Positions 9,463 to 19,807 of a DNA stretch of 64,000 nucleotides are shown here, in pieces (position 1 is the stretch's first letter; each line of letters begins with the position of its first letter). The translations under genes were made by a program, and so were the position numbers. The stretch is from contig NZ_OY761461.1 of assembly GCF_963664555.1 (NCBI RefSeq), positions 3,511,769-3,575,768 of the forward strand, written 5' to 3'. This DNA comes from Labilibaculum sp. (GTDB taxonomy: Bacteria; Bacteroidota; Bacteroidia; Bacteroidales; Marinifilaceae). Under the pieces are notes generated by a model, which saw only the letters and a program-made list of their open reading frames with translations, did not search any database and was not told where the DNA came from.

Positions 9463-9508
9463 TAATTATCAATTAGTAATTGTTAATTAATAATTATTCA
9501 TTCGTAAT
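9460..9508. repeat. Degenerate heptamer tandem repeat (TnnnAAT x7)
   Basis: TAGTAAT TATCAAT TAGTAAT TGTTAAT TAATAAT TATTCAT TCGTAAT fills the moxR-DUF58 spacer. Confidence 0.65.
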
Positions 9509-9514
9509 TAAACT

Positions 9515-10384
9515 ATGGAAACTAGTGAATTATTAAAACGAGTTAGGCAAATAGAGATCAAAACCAGAGGTCTTTCCCGAAATATTTTTGCCGGGGAGTA
9601 TCATTCTGCGTTCAAAGGACGTGGTATGACCTTCAGCGAAGTTCGGGAATACCAATATGGTGATGATATTCGAAATATTGACTGGAATGTAACCGCCCGC
9701 TACAATCAACCTTACGTTAAACTTTTCGAAGAAGAACGTGAGTTGACCGTAATGCTTCTGATTGACGTGAGTGGTTCCCGTGAATTTGGAACCGTCTCTA
9801 AACTAAAGAAAAATCAGATTACGGAGATTGCTGCCGTACTGGCCTTTTCGGCCATTCAAAACAACGATAAAATTGGGGTGATCTTCTTTTCGGATAAAAT
9901 TGAAAAGTTTATTCCACCTAAAAAAGGTAAATCTCATATTCTGAGAATCATTCGTGAACTAATCGATTTTAAACCCGAACATCGGAATACTGATATCGGC
10001 AATGCTTTACGATACCTTACACAGGTTATTAAAAAACGCTGCACCACTTTCGTGATATCAGATTTTATTGATGATGATTTTGAAAATGCATTGACGATTG
10101 CCAACAAAAAACATGATCTTGTAGCCCTTAACATATACGATAAACGCGAACAGGAAATCCCTTCAATTGGCTTGATTAAAATTAAGGATGCGGAAACAGG
10201 CGAATACAGCTGGATAGATACTTCGAATAAAAAGGTACGGGAAAACTACGCCAAATGGTGGAGTGATAAAGACAATTTACTTGCCGAAACATTTAAAAAA
10301 TCGGGGGTAGATGTGGCGAATATTCGAACCGATCAGGATTACGTGAGATCCTTAATTGCCTTATTTAAACGAAGAGGACACTAA
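9515..10384 (+). CDS. DUF58 domain protein (vWA-like)
   Basis: FKGRGMTFSEVREYQYGDDIRNIDWNVTAR, MIDAS-like LIDVSGS, ISDF; directly after moxR. Confidence 0.92.
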   Translation: METSELLKRVRQIEIKTRGLSRNIFAGEYHSAFKGRGMTFSEVREYQYGDDIRNIDWNVTARYNQPYVKLFEEERELTVMLLIDVSGSREFGTVSKLKKNQITEIAAVLAFSAIQNNDKIGVIFFSDKIEKFIPPKKGKSHILRIIRELIDFKPEHRNTDIGNALRYLTQVIKKRCTTFVISDFIDDDFENALTIANKKHDLVALNIYDKREQEIPSIGLIKIKDAETGEYSWIDTSNKKVRENYAKWWSDKDNLLAETFKKSGVDVANIRTDQDYVRSLIALFKRRGH

Positions 10385-10403
10385 TTTTTAGAAGCAGACG
10401 ACT

Positions 10404-11435
10404 ATGACAAATAGAATTATCATCCCAAGTAAACCATTCGCAAAAGCAATATTCGCATTTGTAATTGTATTGGGAGCTACTTTTTCCTCCTTCTCGTCAT
10501 ATGCTCAAGAGGAAGACAAAGGCCTTAACTACAGTGCTCAACTCGACACCAATCTTATTGTTATTGGTGATCAAATAAACCTTTTGCTTTCCATCGAACA
10601 GCCAAAAGGTCTTCGGGTAGAGTTTCCTGTATTTACGGACAGCATTAGTTCGGGAGTAGAGATTGTCAAACAATCTCCTCAGGATACTATCTCATTAGAG
10701 AATGGAAATATTAAAGTGAATAAAAACTTTTTGATTACCTCTTTTGATGATGGTGTTCACAAAATGAATCCTTTTGAATTCAAAATTCATGACGAAAATC
10801 TGATGAATATCATTAGAACCGACACAATGCTTTTGGGTGTAAAAACTTTCGAAATTGATACGAGCAAAGCCAATTTCGACATTGTAATGCCAATACATAC
10901 TCCAATTGCTTTTGCGGAAATTGCTCCCTGGGCTTTTGGCGGACTGCTGCTTGCAGCATTAATTGTTTTATTGATTTTATACCTGCGCAAGCGAAAGAAA
11001 AACCAGCCTTTATTCGTAAAAGTAAAACCAGCCGAACCGGCTCATGTTATTGCCTTACGCAAGTTGGATGAAATCAAAAAACAAAAGCTTTGGGAAACCG
11101 GAAAGGTGAAACAGTTTCATTCTGACCTTACGGATACAATCCGGTATTATTTGGATGAACGTTTCCAACTATCAACTTTGGAATCAACCACCGATGAGAT
11201 ATTGAAAGCAGTTAATACTGTGGAGGTAAATTCAGACTGGCATGCCAAACTAAAGGAAGTTCTTGAACGCGCGGATTTAGCCAAATTCGCTAAATTCACT
11301 CCTCTTCAGGATGAAAATGAACTAAGCTTAAAATATGCTTACAAAATTATTGAGACCACCATTGTAGAAGAGGCTCCTGCTAAAGAGGAAAAAGAATCTA
11401 TTGCACTGGAAGAAACAAAAAAGGAAGATAAGTAA
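10404..11435 (+). CDS. Conserved Bat-operon membrane protein (between DUF58 and batA)
   Basis: Signal peptide, beta-rich domain, one TM helix (WAFGGLLLAALIVLLILYLRKRKK), cytoplasmic tail with ESTTDE and ADLAKFAK. Confidence 0.8.
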   Translation: MTNRIIIPSKPFAKAIFAFVIVLGATFSSFSSYAQEEDKGLNYSAQLDTNLIVIGDQINLLLSIEQPKGLRVEFPVFTDSISSGVEIVKQSPQDTISLENGNIKVNKNFLITSFDDGVHKMNPFEFKIHDENLMNIIRTDTMLLGVKTFEIDTSKANFDIVMPIHTPIAFAEIAPWAFGGLLLAALIVLLILYLRKRKKNQPLFVKVKPAEPAHVIALRKLDEIKKQKLWETGKVKQFHSDLTDTIRYYLDERFQLSTLESTTDEILKAVNTVEVNSDWHAKLKEVLERADLAKFAKFTPLQDENELSLKYAYKIIETTIVEEAPAKEEKESIALEETKKEDK

Positions 11436-11438
11436 ACT

Positions 11439-12446
11439 TTGAAAATACAAAGTATGAGTTCTATACAATTTGCAAATCCTGAATATTTTTACTTGCTGAT
11501 CCTTTTGATACCATTAATAGCATGGTACATCTTAAAGGACAAGAATGCGCATGCAAGTATTCAGGTGTCAACATTAAAAGGCTTTCATTCAAGCACCAAA
11601 ACCTACAAATACTACTTGCGGCATGCTTTATTTGTATTTCGTGTTTTAGCAATTGTATTTTTAGTACTTGCTATTGCCCGACCACAATCAAGTAATAGCC
11701 GAAGAGATGTAACCACAGAAGGAATTGACATCGTTATGTCGCTTGATATTTCGAGCAGTATGCTTGCCCGTGATTTTGAACCAGACAGACTGGAAGCGGC
11801 AAAAGATGTTGCTGTGAGCTTTATTACTGGCCGCGAAGATGATAAAATTGGATTGGTAATTTTTAGCGGCGAGAGTTTCACTCAATGTCCTTTAACAACC
11901 GATCATGCTGTTTTAATCAACCTTTTCAACGACATCCAAAGTGGAATGATTGAAGATGGTACTGCAATCGGACTTGGATTAGCCAATGCCGTTAATCGTT
12001 TAAAGGAAAGTAAATCGAAATCGAAAGTAGTTATTCTCTTAACCGATGGTGTAAATAATCAAGGAGAAATTGCTCCTATCACGGCTGCCGAATTAGCAAA
12101 AACTTTTGGCATAAGAGTTTACACAATTGGTATCGGAACCATGGGAATGGCTCCCTATCCTATTCAAACTGCTTTTGGTATCAGCATGAGAAACATGCCG
12201 GTAAAAATTGACGAAGAAGTATTGCAGCAAATTGCAGAAATGACTGGCGGTCAATACTTCAGGGCAACCGACAACAATAAACTAAAAGCAATTTACGAAC
12301 AAATTGACAAGTTGGAGAAAAGTAAAATTGAGGTGAAAGAATACATTACAAAAAGCGAGGAATACTTAATTTTTGCGTTGTTGGCTACTTTATTTTTACT
12401 GCTTGAAATTGCTTTGCGTAATTCAATATTGCGGAATATTCCGTAA
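11439..12446 (+). CDS. batA: BatA vWA domain protein (likely start ATG 11454)
   Basis: N-terminal FANPEYFYLLILL, LAIARPQ, MIDAS DISSSM, GTAIGLGL, ILLTDGVNN, C-terminal TM. Confidence 0.9.
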   Translation: MKIQSMSSIQFANPEYFYLLILLIPLIAWYILKDKNAHASIQVSTLKGFHSSTKTYKYYLRHALFVFRVLAIVFLVLAIARPQSSNSRRDVTTEGIDIVMSLDISSSMLARDFEPDRLEAAKDVAVSFITGREDDKIGLVIFSGESFTQCPLTTDHAVLINLFNDIQSGMIEDGTAIGLGLANAVNRLKESKSKSKVVILLTDGVNNQGEIAPITAAELAKTFGIRVYTIGIGTMGMAPYPIQTAFGISMRNMPVKIDEEVLQQIAEMTGGQYFRATDNNKLKAIYEQIDKLEKSKIEVKEYITKSEEYLIFALLATLFLLLEIALRNSILRNIP

Positions 12447-12480
12447 TTGTTATTAATTGAACACAGAAAATCATTGAACA

Positions 12481-13518
12481 ATGAATCAATTTCGTCTTGA
12501 TCATCCCGATCTTCTATATTTATTTCTAATTCTTCCAATTCTTGGAATTTTATATTGGATTAGTTATTCAAGAAAAAAGAAGGCTCTTGCTGAATTTGGT
12601 GAGATGAATATTATCTCCCAGCTTATGCCTTACGCTTCATTTACCCGACCGTTTTATAAGTTTGGAATTCTCTTGCTGGCTTTAAGTTTTATCATTTTTG
12701 GTCTTGCAGGACCTCAATTCGGTTCAAAACTCCAAACCATAAAAAGAAAAGGAGTAGAAATTATCATTGCGCTGGATGTATCCAATTCGATGATGGCACA
12801 AGACATTCAACCCAATAGATTGGAACGGGCAAAACGAGCAGTTTCCAAAATGGTTGACAAATTGAATAATGATAAAATCGGTTTGGTGGTTTTTGCCGGC
12901 GAGGCATATACTCAATTGCCGATTACAACAGATTATGCATCTGCAAAATTGTTCTTGTCCTCAATCAGTACTGATATTGTTCCCATACAAGGAACTGCAA
13001 TTGGTGCGGCAATAAACTTGGCGGCAAAAAGTTTTACTCCCGATAGTGAGGCCAGCAAAGCAATAATTGTAATTACCGATGGTGAAAACCATGAGGATGA
13101 TGCAATTTCGGCGGCAAAAGCAGCATTCGATCAAGGAATTATAGTACATACTATTGCCATGGGATTACCGGAAGGTGCACCAATACCTGTAAGCAGTGGT
13201 TCCCGGGATTTCAGACGGGATGAAAAAGGGAACATTGTAATTTCAAAATTAGATCAGCAAATGGTTGAGCAGATTGCTACAGCCGGAGGAGGAAAACCAG
13301 TGATAGCCAACAATACAACAACTGGATTAAATGCACTTTTTAATGAAATTAATAAAATGAACAAAACGGAATTAGAGCAGAGAGTATATGCTGCCTACGA
13401 CGAAAAATTCCAATTGTTTATTGCCATCGGATTGCTGCTGCTCTTTCTTGAATTCTTAGTTCTGGAACGTAAAAATCGCTATTTGAAGGATATCAATTTG
13501 TTTAAACCATCGAAATAG
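12481..13518 (+). CDS. batB: BatB vWA domain protein
   Basis: LAGPQFG, DVSNSM, PITTDY, GTAIGAAI, ITDGENHE; follows batA. Confidence 0.9.
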   Translation: MNQFRLDHPDLLYLFLILPILGILYWISYSRKKKALAEFGEMNIISQLMPYASFTRPFYKFGILLLALSFIIFGLAGPQFGSKLQTIKRKGVEIIIALDVSNSMMAQDIQPNRLERAKRAVSKMVDKLNNDKIGLVVFAGEAYTQLPITTDYASAKLFLSSISTDIVPIQGTAIGAAINLAAKSFTPDSEASKAIIVITDGENHEDDAISAAKAAFDQGIIVHTIAMGLPEGAPIPVSSGSRDFRRDEKGNIVISKLDQQMVEQIATAGGGKPVIANNTTTGLNALFNEINKMNKTELEQRVYAAYDEKFQLFIAIGLLLLFLEFLVLERKNRYLKDINLFKPSK

Positions 13519-13536
13519 AACTCAATTCTGATTATT

Positions 13537-14295
13537 ATGAACAAATATATAGCATTATTCATCGGCTTGCTTTGCCTCTTTAGTTTGGATGCATTAGCAC
13601 AAAAGGAAAGAAAATTTATCCGTAAGGGAAATGGCCTGTTTGAAGGAAATGAATATGAAAACTCTGAAGTTGAATACCGAAAGGCTCTCGATAAAAAAAT
13701 CAATTCGTATGAAGCTGGTTTTAATTTGGGAGATGCCTTGTACAAACAAAAGAAATACGATGAAGCCTTGAAACAATTCCAGACTTTAACAGTGGCTGAA
13801 CAGGATCCTAAAAAACTCGGGGAAATTTACCACAACATTGGAAACACTCTTCTAATGAACCGGAAAATTGATGAAAGTATTGAGGCATACAAAGAATCCC
13901 TTCGTAACTTCCCAAATTCAAAAGAAACCAAATACAATTTGGAATATGCCCGAAAAATGAAACAAAAAGAGGAAGAGGAGAAAAAGAAACAGGATCAAAA
14001 CAAGGATCAGGACAAGAAAAACCAGGACAAGAAAGATCAGGATAAAAAAGATCAGGATAAAAAAGACCAGGACAAAAAAGATCAGAAAGATCAGAAAGAT
14101 CAGAAAAATAAACCTGAAGATCAGGATAAAAAGAAAGGTGATCCTGAAGAACAGCAAAATAAAATATCCGAACAGGATGCCAAGCGCTTGTTGGAAGCTC
14201 TTGAAAATGATGAAAAAAAGGTTCAGGAAAAGGTGCAAAAAGCCAAAGCTGTTGCTCAAAAAGCAAAAAGAACCAAAATCAAAAAGGATTGGTAA
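13537..14295 (+). CDS. batC: BatC TPR protein with a Q/D/K-rich linker
   Basis: Signal peptide, TPRs (YHNIGN, YKESLR), QDKKD repeats, C-terminal KDW. Confidence 0.88.
   Translation: MNKYIALFIGLLCLFSLDALAQKERKFIRKGNGLFEGNEYENSEVEYRKALDKKINSYEAGFNLGDALYKQKKYDEALKQFQTLTVAEQDPKKLGEIYHNIGNTLLMNRKIDESIEAYKESLRNFPNSKETKYNLEYARKMKQKEEEEKKKQDQNKDQDKKNQDKKDQDKKDQDKKDQDKKDQKDQKDQKNKPEDQDKKKGDPEEQQNKISEQDAKRLLEALENDEKKVQEKVQKAKAVAQKAKRTKIKKDW
13989..14152 (+). repeat. Coding 15-bp and 9-bp tandem repeats (QDKKD, DQK) inside batC
   Basis: Repeated CAGGAYAARAARGAY units followed by GATCAGAAA x3. Confidence 0.8.
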
Positions 14296-14321
14296 TTGAT
14301 CTTTTCTAATTGATTAATCAG

Positions 14322-14329
14322 TAAATTTG
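14322..14329 (+). promoter_or_regulatory. Possible internal -7 promoter box upstream of batD
   Basis: TAAATTTG in the batC-batD spacer. Confidence 0.4.
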
Positions 14330-14377
14330 CGAAAGAATTACCGGACAAATTAATTGCATTTATAACATCTGAAACAC

Positions 14378-16201
14378 ATGTATATACAGATGAAGAAAAT
14401 ACTTCTCTCATTAGTAACAGTCATTTTAATTGCTACATCAGTATTTGCTGATGAAATTAAATTTACTGCTTCGGCTCCAAATGTTGTGGAACTTGGCGAA
14501 CAATTTCGTTTAACCTATTCCCTTAACAGCAAAGGGAAAAATATTAAAATTCCAGCTCTTGATGGATTTAGAGTTCTTATGGGACCGTCAACATCAAGCA
14601 GTATGAGTACACAAATAATTAATGGAAAAGTTACTTCCAGCTCATCCTACTCGTACACTTATGTTCTTTTGGCCGAAGAAGAAGGAAAATTTGACATCAA
14701 GCCTGCAACAATTGCTGTTGATGGTGAAACCAAAACATCAAATTCGCTTACGATTGAAGTTGTTAAGGTGAATAAAACCCAGCAGGATAGCGGTTCGAAA
14801 CAATCACAAAACGCTGCATCAAGCCAAAAAATCACGGAAGACAATTTATTTGTTAAGGTAAAATTAGATCGGAATAATGTTTATATGGGTGAGCACGTTG
14901 TTGCAACCATTAAAGTATATACACGACTTACCATTGCTGGATTTGGCGATTCAAAGTTCCCCTCGTTTGACGGTTTTTTAAGTCAGGAAGTGCCAACTCC
15001 AGGACAAATTTCATTAGAAAGAGAAAATATAAACGGAACCATTTACAATACCGGAATCATTCGGAAATTAATTCTTTTTCCTCAACACACAGGGGAAATT
15101 ACAATTGATCCTTTTGAATTAGAGGTGATCATTCGTCAGCGTCAGGCAAACAAACGAAGTGGTTTCTTCGATGATTTCTTTGATAATTATCAAGACATAA
15201 GAGTGCCCCGTAAAAGCAAGCCGATCAAAATTCAGGTAAAAGACTTTCCATCCAATAAACCTGCAAGTTTTGACGGTGCCGTTGGAAATTTCACTTTGTC
15301 TACAACTATCGATAAAGATTCTGTGAAAGCAAATGATGCGATTACCATGCGCGTAAAAGTAGAAGGTAACGGAAACTTGAAGTTGATTAAACCTTTGGAA
15401 TTTAATTTCCCAGCCGATTTTGAAGTTTACGACCCCAAAACGTCGCAGAATTTAAAAAGCTCAGAAGCAGGAATGAGTGGTTCAACCACTTTCGAATATC
15501 TGATTATTCCCCGACACGGCGGTGAATATGAGATTCCGGCAGTTGATTTCTCTTTCTTCGATCCGAAAGCAAAAATATTCAGAACACGTTCTACCAAAAA
15601 ATTTACCGTTAAAGTAGCAAAGGGAGATGGAGATAATTCAGGAACTATCATTAGCTCCTTTACTAAAGAGAAGGTGAAATTTCTAGGAAAAGATATCCGC
15701 TATATCAAAACCAACGATTTCAGCCCTCAATTAAAAGGTGAGGTGTTCTTTGGAACCACAAATTTCTATTTGGCGTATATTATTCCCTTCTTCCTGTTTG
15801 TTTTAGCATTTGTATTCAACAGAAAACGAATAAAAGAAAATGCCGACACCGCTAAATTAAAAAACAAACGTGCCAACCGCGTTGCGATGAAAAGATTAAA
15901 AATGGCTTCGGCAAGTCTAAAAGCAAAACAGAAGGATCAGTTTTACGATGAGATTCTTAAAGCAATTTGGGGATATACATCGGATAAGTTGAATTTACCT
16001 TTGGAGAATCTGAATAAAGAAAATATTAGTGAGATTTTGCTTAGCAAAGGAGTTGAACCGGAACTTAAGGATGAATTTCTAAGCATACTGGACACCTGCG
16101 AATTTGCAAGGTACTCTCCATCGGCCGGTTCTTCGGAAATGGATGAGTTATATCAGACAAGCATGGATACAATCACCAAGTTGGAGAAAAATATAAAATA
16201 G
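14378..16201 (+). CDS. batD: BatD family protein
   Basis: Signal peptide, repeated BatD beta domains (LTYSLN, GAVGNF, EYLIIPR, FSFFDP), TM near the C-terminus, CEFARYSP. Confidence 0.9.
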   Translation: MYIQMKKILLSLVTVILIATSVFADEIKFTASAPNVVELGEQFRLTYSLNSKGKNIKIPALDGFRVLMGPSTSSSMSTQIINGKVTSSSSYSYTYVLLAEEEGKFDIKPATIAVDGETKTSNSLTIEVVKVNKTQQDSGSKQSQNAASSQKITEDNLFVKVKLDRNNVYMGEHVVATIKVYTRLTIAGFGDSKFPSFDGFLSQEVPTPGQISLERENINGTIYNTGIIRKLILFPQHTGEITIDPFELEVIIRQRQANKRSGFFDDFFDNYQDIRVPRKSKPIKIQVKDFPSNKPASFDGAVGNFTLSTTIDKDSVKANDAITMRVKVEGNGNLKLIKPLEFNFPADFEVYDPKTSQNLKSSEAGMSGSTTFEYLIIPRHGGEYEIPAVDFSFFDPKAKIFRTRSTKKFTVKVAKGDGDNSGTIISSFTKEKVKFLGKDIRYIKTNDFSPQLKGEVFFGTTNFYLAYIIPFFLFVLAFVFNRKRIKENADTAKLKNKRANRVAMKRLKMASASLKAKQKDQFYDEILKAIWGYTSDKLNLPLENLNKENISEILLSKGVEPELKDEFLSILDTCEFARYSPSAGSSEMDELYQTSMDTITKLEKNIK

Positions 16202-16277
16202 ATTAATTGATTGTGTAATATCAAATTAAACATGAAACGTACATGATTATTTAATCAAGGTAAGTTCCATCTGACAA

Positions 16278-17048
16278 TTGCATAAAAATTATAAACAGAT
16301 GAAAAAAGCATTACAATTTATACTCGCCATATTTATCAGCACTCAAACATGGGCTCAAGTTAACCCAATTTCTGAGGCCAATGAGATGTATAAGAAAGGG
16401 GAATACGAGAAAGCAATTCAAGCCTATGAATTTGTTTTGGATACTCATTTAGAAGCACCGGAAATTTATTTTAATCTGGGAAATGCTTACTACAAAACAG
16501 GAGAAATCTCTTCTTCCATTTTGAACTATGAGCGGGCTTTACTATTCTCTCCTAACGACAAGGATATTCAGTACAATTTAGACTTAGCCCGTAAACATGT
16601 TTTGGATAAGTTTGAAGTTTTGCCTGAAATATTTATAAAAAGATGGTTTTCTGGAATTAGAAATAGTTTTTCGGCTGATACATGGTCTTACTTCTCAATT
16701 CTATTTTTCTTACTGACGCTTATTTTTGCCTGTTTTTATCTGTACAGCAATAAATCAGGTATTAAAAAACTAGGTTTTTTCTTTGCTTTTTTTGCCTTTG
16801 GTATTTCAATCATGACTTATTCTTTTGCTTCAAAAAAGACGGATGAAATCAATATTCGTGAGCATGCAATTATTGTGAGTCCAAGTGTTACCGTTAAAGG
16901 TTCTCCGGATAAAAGCGGTACCGAATTGTTCTTACTGCACGAAGGCACTAAAGTTAAAGTGATTGGAGAACTGCAGGATTGGAGGAATATTCTGCTTAGC
17001 GATGGCAATGAAGGTTGGCTGAAAAAAGAAGACATTGAAATGATATAA
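16278..17048 (+). CDS. batE: BatE TPR + SH3 protein (likely start ATG 16299)
   Basis: YFNLGNAYYK, NYERA, two TMs, LHEGTKV...DGNEGW SH3-like C-terminus. Confidence 0.9.
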   Translation: MHKNYKQMKKALQFILAIFISTQTWAQVNPISEANEMYKKGEYEKAIQAYEFVLDTHLEAPEIYFNLGNAYYKTGEISSSILNYERALLFSPNDKDIQYNLDLARKHVLDKFEVLPEIFIKRWFSGIRNSFSADTWSYFSILFFLLTLIFACFYLYSNKSGIKKLGFFFAFFAFGISIMTYSFASKKTDEINIREHAIIVSPSVTVKGSPDKSGTELFLLHEGTKVKVIGELQDWRNILLSDGNEGWLKKEDIEMI

Positions 17049-17063
17049 TTAACTCAATAACGT

Positions 17064-17092
17064 AAAAGGATTTCGGCTTCGAAATCCTTTTT
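17064..17092 (+). terminator. Terminator of the bat operon
   Basis: AAAAGGATTTCG-GCTT-CGAAATCCTTTT. Confidence 0.8.
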
Positions 17093-17122
17093 ATTCATAC
17101 AACAAGCTTATTAAACAGCAAT

Positions 17123-18001
17123 ATGAAATACAGCATACAAAACGAATTCTTCCAAATTGAGGTTCTTGAAAAAGGAGCTGAACTTTGCAGTATTAAATCG
17201 AGACTTACCAATCAGGAATTTATGTGGCAAGCTGATCCTGAAATTTGGGGAAGCCACGCTCCCAACCTATTCCCGGTTATTGGCTGTTTAAAAGAAGACG
17301 GATTTATTCATGAAGGCAAAGAATATGCAATACCCAAACATGGATTTATTCGCAACAATAAAGATATTCAAATGCACAGCAAATCAGATAATGAGCTTTG
17401 TTTTGCATTAAAATCAAACGAAAACACCCGTAAAGTCTACCCTTTCGAATTTGAATTCTACATTCATTTTATATTGGATGGTAAAAAATTACATGTGAAA
17501 CATGATGTGATCAATACCGGCCCAAAAGATCTACTCTTTTGTCTGGGAGGGCATCCCGCTTTTGCATGTCCGTTAAAGGAAGGAGAAAAATACTCGGATT
17601 ATTATCTTGAATTTGAGCAAAAAGAAACTGCACACACCTGGATGATTGTCGACAATGGACTTATTGGCCAGGAAGGAAAATTGATTTTAGATGAAAATGA
17701 TCGAATTGAACTTGCACCAGATCTTTTCGCAAAGGATGCTCTGATTTTTAAGAATCTAAAATCCTCCTTTGTGAAATTAAGGAGTAAGAATTCAAATTTC
17801 TCCTTAAAAGTCAGCCTTGATGATTTCCCTTATCTTGGACTTTGGGCAAAACCAAATGCGCCCTATGTTTGCATTGAACCTTGGATTGGGATCGCCGACA
17901 GCTATGATTCGAGCAGGGAATTTTCTGAAAAAGAAATCATTCAATCTCTTGATTTCGGCAAAACATTTAGTGCCACATATTCGATAGAAATCACAGAATA
18001 A
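17123..18001 (+). CDS. Aldose 1-epimerase family protein (LacX-like)
   Basis: GAELCSI, WQADPEIWGSHAPNLFP, KHGF, GGHPAF, VCIEPW. Confidence 0.9.
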   Translation: MKYSIQNEFFQIEVLEKGAELCSIKSRLTNQEFMWQADPEIWGSHAPNLFPVIGCLKEDGFIHEGKEYAIPKHGFIRNNKDIQMHSKSDNELCFALKSNENTRKVYPFEFEFYIHFILDGKKLHVKHDVINTGPKDLLFCLGGHPAFACPLKEGEKYSDYYLEFEQKETAHTWMIVDNGLIGQEGKLILDENDRIELAPDLFAKDALIFKNLKSSFVKLRSKNSNFSLKVSLDDFPYLGLWAKPNAPYVCIEPWIGIADSYDSSREFSEKEIIQSLDFGKTFSATYSIEITE

Positions 18002-18007
18002 AATAAT

Positions 18008-19807
18008 GAGGCTGTCTCAAATGAGATAGTCTCTTTTTCGTTTTATAGTTTTTTATATTTATCACTGATTTCTTATTTTAGAGATATGAAATTAGTCCCT
18101 CAAAAATCTCATTTCAAAGCCTATCATCAAAACCAGATGATTCTTTTTCCGCCTTCTCTCTCGGATTTCATATCATCTGAACACCCTGTTCGTACCATCA
18201 GCAGTATTATTGATGGTGTCCAGATAGATCGTATCCTTGAAAAATACAGTTATACGGGAGCAAAGGCCTATCATCCCAAAATGATGCTTAAGTTATTAGT
18301 TTATTCCTATTTGTGTAATGTATATTCCTCTCGAAAAATAGAGCAGGCGGCATCAGAAAATGTACATTTCATGTGGTTGTCAGGGATGCAAAAGCCAGAT
18401 CACAATACGATTGCCCGCTTTAGAAGCAGTCGATTAAAAGGTGTTTTAAAGGAAGTGTTCAGTCAAGTAGTCCTGTTACTGGTAGATTCCGGACATATTG
18501 ATCTACAAACCATATATGTCGATGGCACCAAGATCGAGGCCAATGCAAATAAGTTTTCGTTTGTTTGGGGTAAAGCCATTCAAAAGAATATCCAACGCAT
18601 GAAGGATCGGTTGGGGGAACTTTGGGATTATACAGAGCAGGTAGCCAAATCGGATTTAGCAAATGTAAGTAAGCCCGATTTAAGTGATGTTGATCCAGAA
18701 AAAATAGAGCAGACCATTGAGACAATTAATGAGGCCTTGAGGGATAAGAAAGTGGATGCTAAGAAACGCCGGCAACTCAACTATGCCAAGAAGAATTATG
18801 CTGATAATCTCCGAAAAAACGAGCAAAAGCTAAAGATATTGGAAGAGCGAAATAGTTATTCAAAAACGGATCCGGATGCAACCTTTATGCGAATGAAGGA
18901 TGACTATATGCAAAATGGTCAGCTAAAACCAGGATATAACCTGCAGTTTAGCACACAAAATCAATTCATTGTAAATTATTCAAACCATAATAATCCAACC
19001 GATACAAAAACCTTTATACCTCATATGAAAGAGGTTCAACAGTTGTATCCAGACAAACTAAACAGCGTATGTGCAGATTCCGGTTATGGGTCTGAGGAGA
19101 ATTATGAATTTCTTGAAGCGGAAGGATTAACCTCTTTTGTGAAATACAATTACTTTCATAAAGAACAAAAGAAGGGAGCCAAAACTTATTGCGAGTTTCA
19201 CCCCAACAATTTATTCTACGACTCTAAACAGGATATTTACTACTGCCCAATGGGACAAGTAATGAATCTTAAGAAGATAAAAAAGGAAAAAAGCCAAGCC
19301 GGTCATTTTAAGACAATCCATGTTTATCAAGCTCAAAACTGTAACGGATGCCCACTTAGGGGGATGTGTCACAAAGCAAAAGGTAATCGAACGATTCAGA
19401 TCAATCACCGACTCAACGAATTAAGAAGTAAAGCACGAGAACATTTAACCTCAGAAGAAGGATTGAAGCACAGGAGTCAAAGACCGGTTGATGTAGAGGC
19501 CGCTTTTGGTAACCTTAAACACAATAAAGGATTTAAACGATTTTTACTTCGTGGCAAAGAAAAAGTAGAAATCGAAATGGGATTATTGGCTCTAGCCATA
19601 AATCTTAAGAAAATGAATAGTAGAAAAGTGGCCTAACGGCCTTTCTTAATTCTTTTGAAGTCCTATTTCCTCTATATGAAACCTCTGTTTTGCATATTGG
19701 AGGTAAAAAAGACTTCCAAAAACAAATAAGCAGTATAAGGCAGTTTAATCTCAAAAAAACAAAAGATCATGAAAAAGAGGATGTCTACTTTGTTATGAGA
19801 CATCCTC
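18008..19807 (+). mobile_element. IS1182-family insertion sequence (exact ends ambiguous: 18008/18022 to 19788/19807)
   Basis: Single transposase. Imperfect inverted repeats in outer (GAGGCTGTCTCA / TGAGACATCCTC) and inner (TGAGATAGTCTCTTTTT / AAAAAGAGGATGTCT) positions. No clear direct repeat. Confidence 0.85.
18086..19636 (+). CDS. IS1182 family DDE transposase
   Basis: DUF772-like YHPKMMLKLLVYSY...SSRKIE...PDHNTIARFR; YVDGTKIEANAN (D), CADSGYGSEENY (D), VEAAFGNLKHNKGF (E); Cys-rich segment CNGCPLRGMC. Confidence 0.95.
   Translation: MKLVPQKSHFKAYHQNQMILFPPSLSDFISSEHPVRTISSIIDGVQIDRILEKYSYTGAKAYHPKMMLKLLVYSYLCNVYSSRKIEQAASENVHFMWLSGMQKPDHNTIARFRSSRLKGVLKEVFSQVVLLLVDSGHIDLQTIYVDGTKIEANANKFSFVWGKAIQKNIQRMKDRLGELWDYTEQVAKSDLANVSKPDLSDVDPEKIEQTIETINEALRDKKVDAKKRRQLNYAKKNYADNLRKNEQKLKILEERNSYSKTDPDATFMRMKDDYMQNGQLKPGYNLQFSTQNQFIVNYSNHNNPTDTKTFIPHMKEVQQLYPDKLNSVCADSGYGSEENYEFLEAEGLTSFVKYNYFHKEQKKGAKTYCEFHPNNLFYDSKQDIYYCPMGQVMNLKKIKKEKSQAGHFKTIHVYQAQNCNGCPLRGMCHKAKGNRTIQINHRLNELRSKAREHLTSEEGLKHRSQRPVDVEAAFGNLKHNKGFKRFLLRGKEKVEIEMGLLALAINLKKMNSRKVA

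Noticed and set aside
13989-14152. Regular short repeats suggesting a CRISPR or VNTR locus
   Set aside because: They are in-frame QDKKD/DQK codons inside batC, with no unique spacers and no cas genes.
13808-14266. Long antisense ORFs (152 aa and 113 aa, the latter very hydrophobic) opposite batC
   Set aside because: They are the reverse-complement shadow of the K/D/Q repeat codons.
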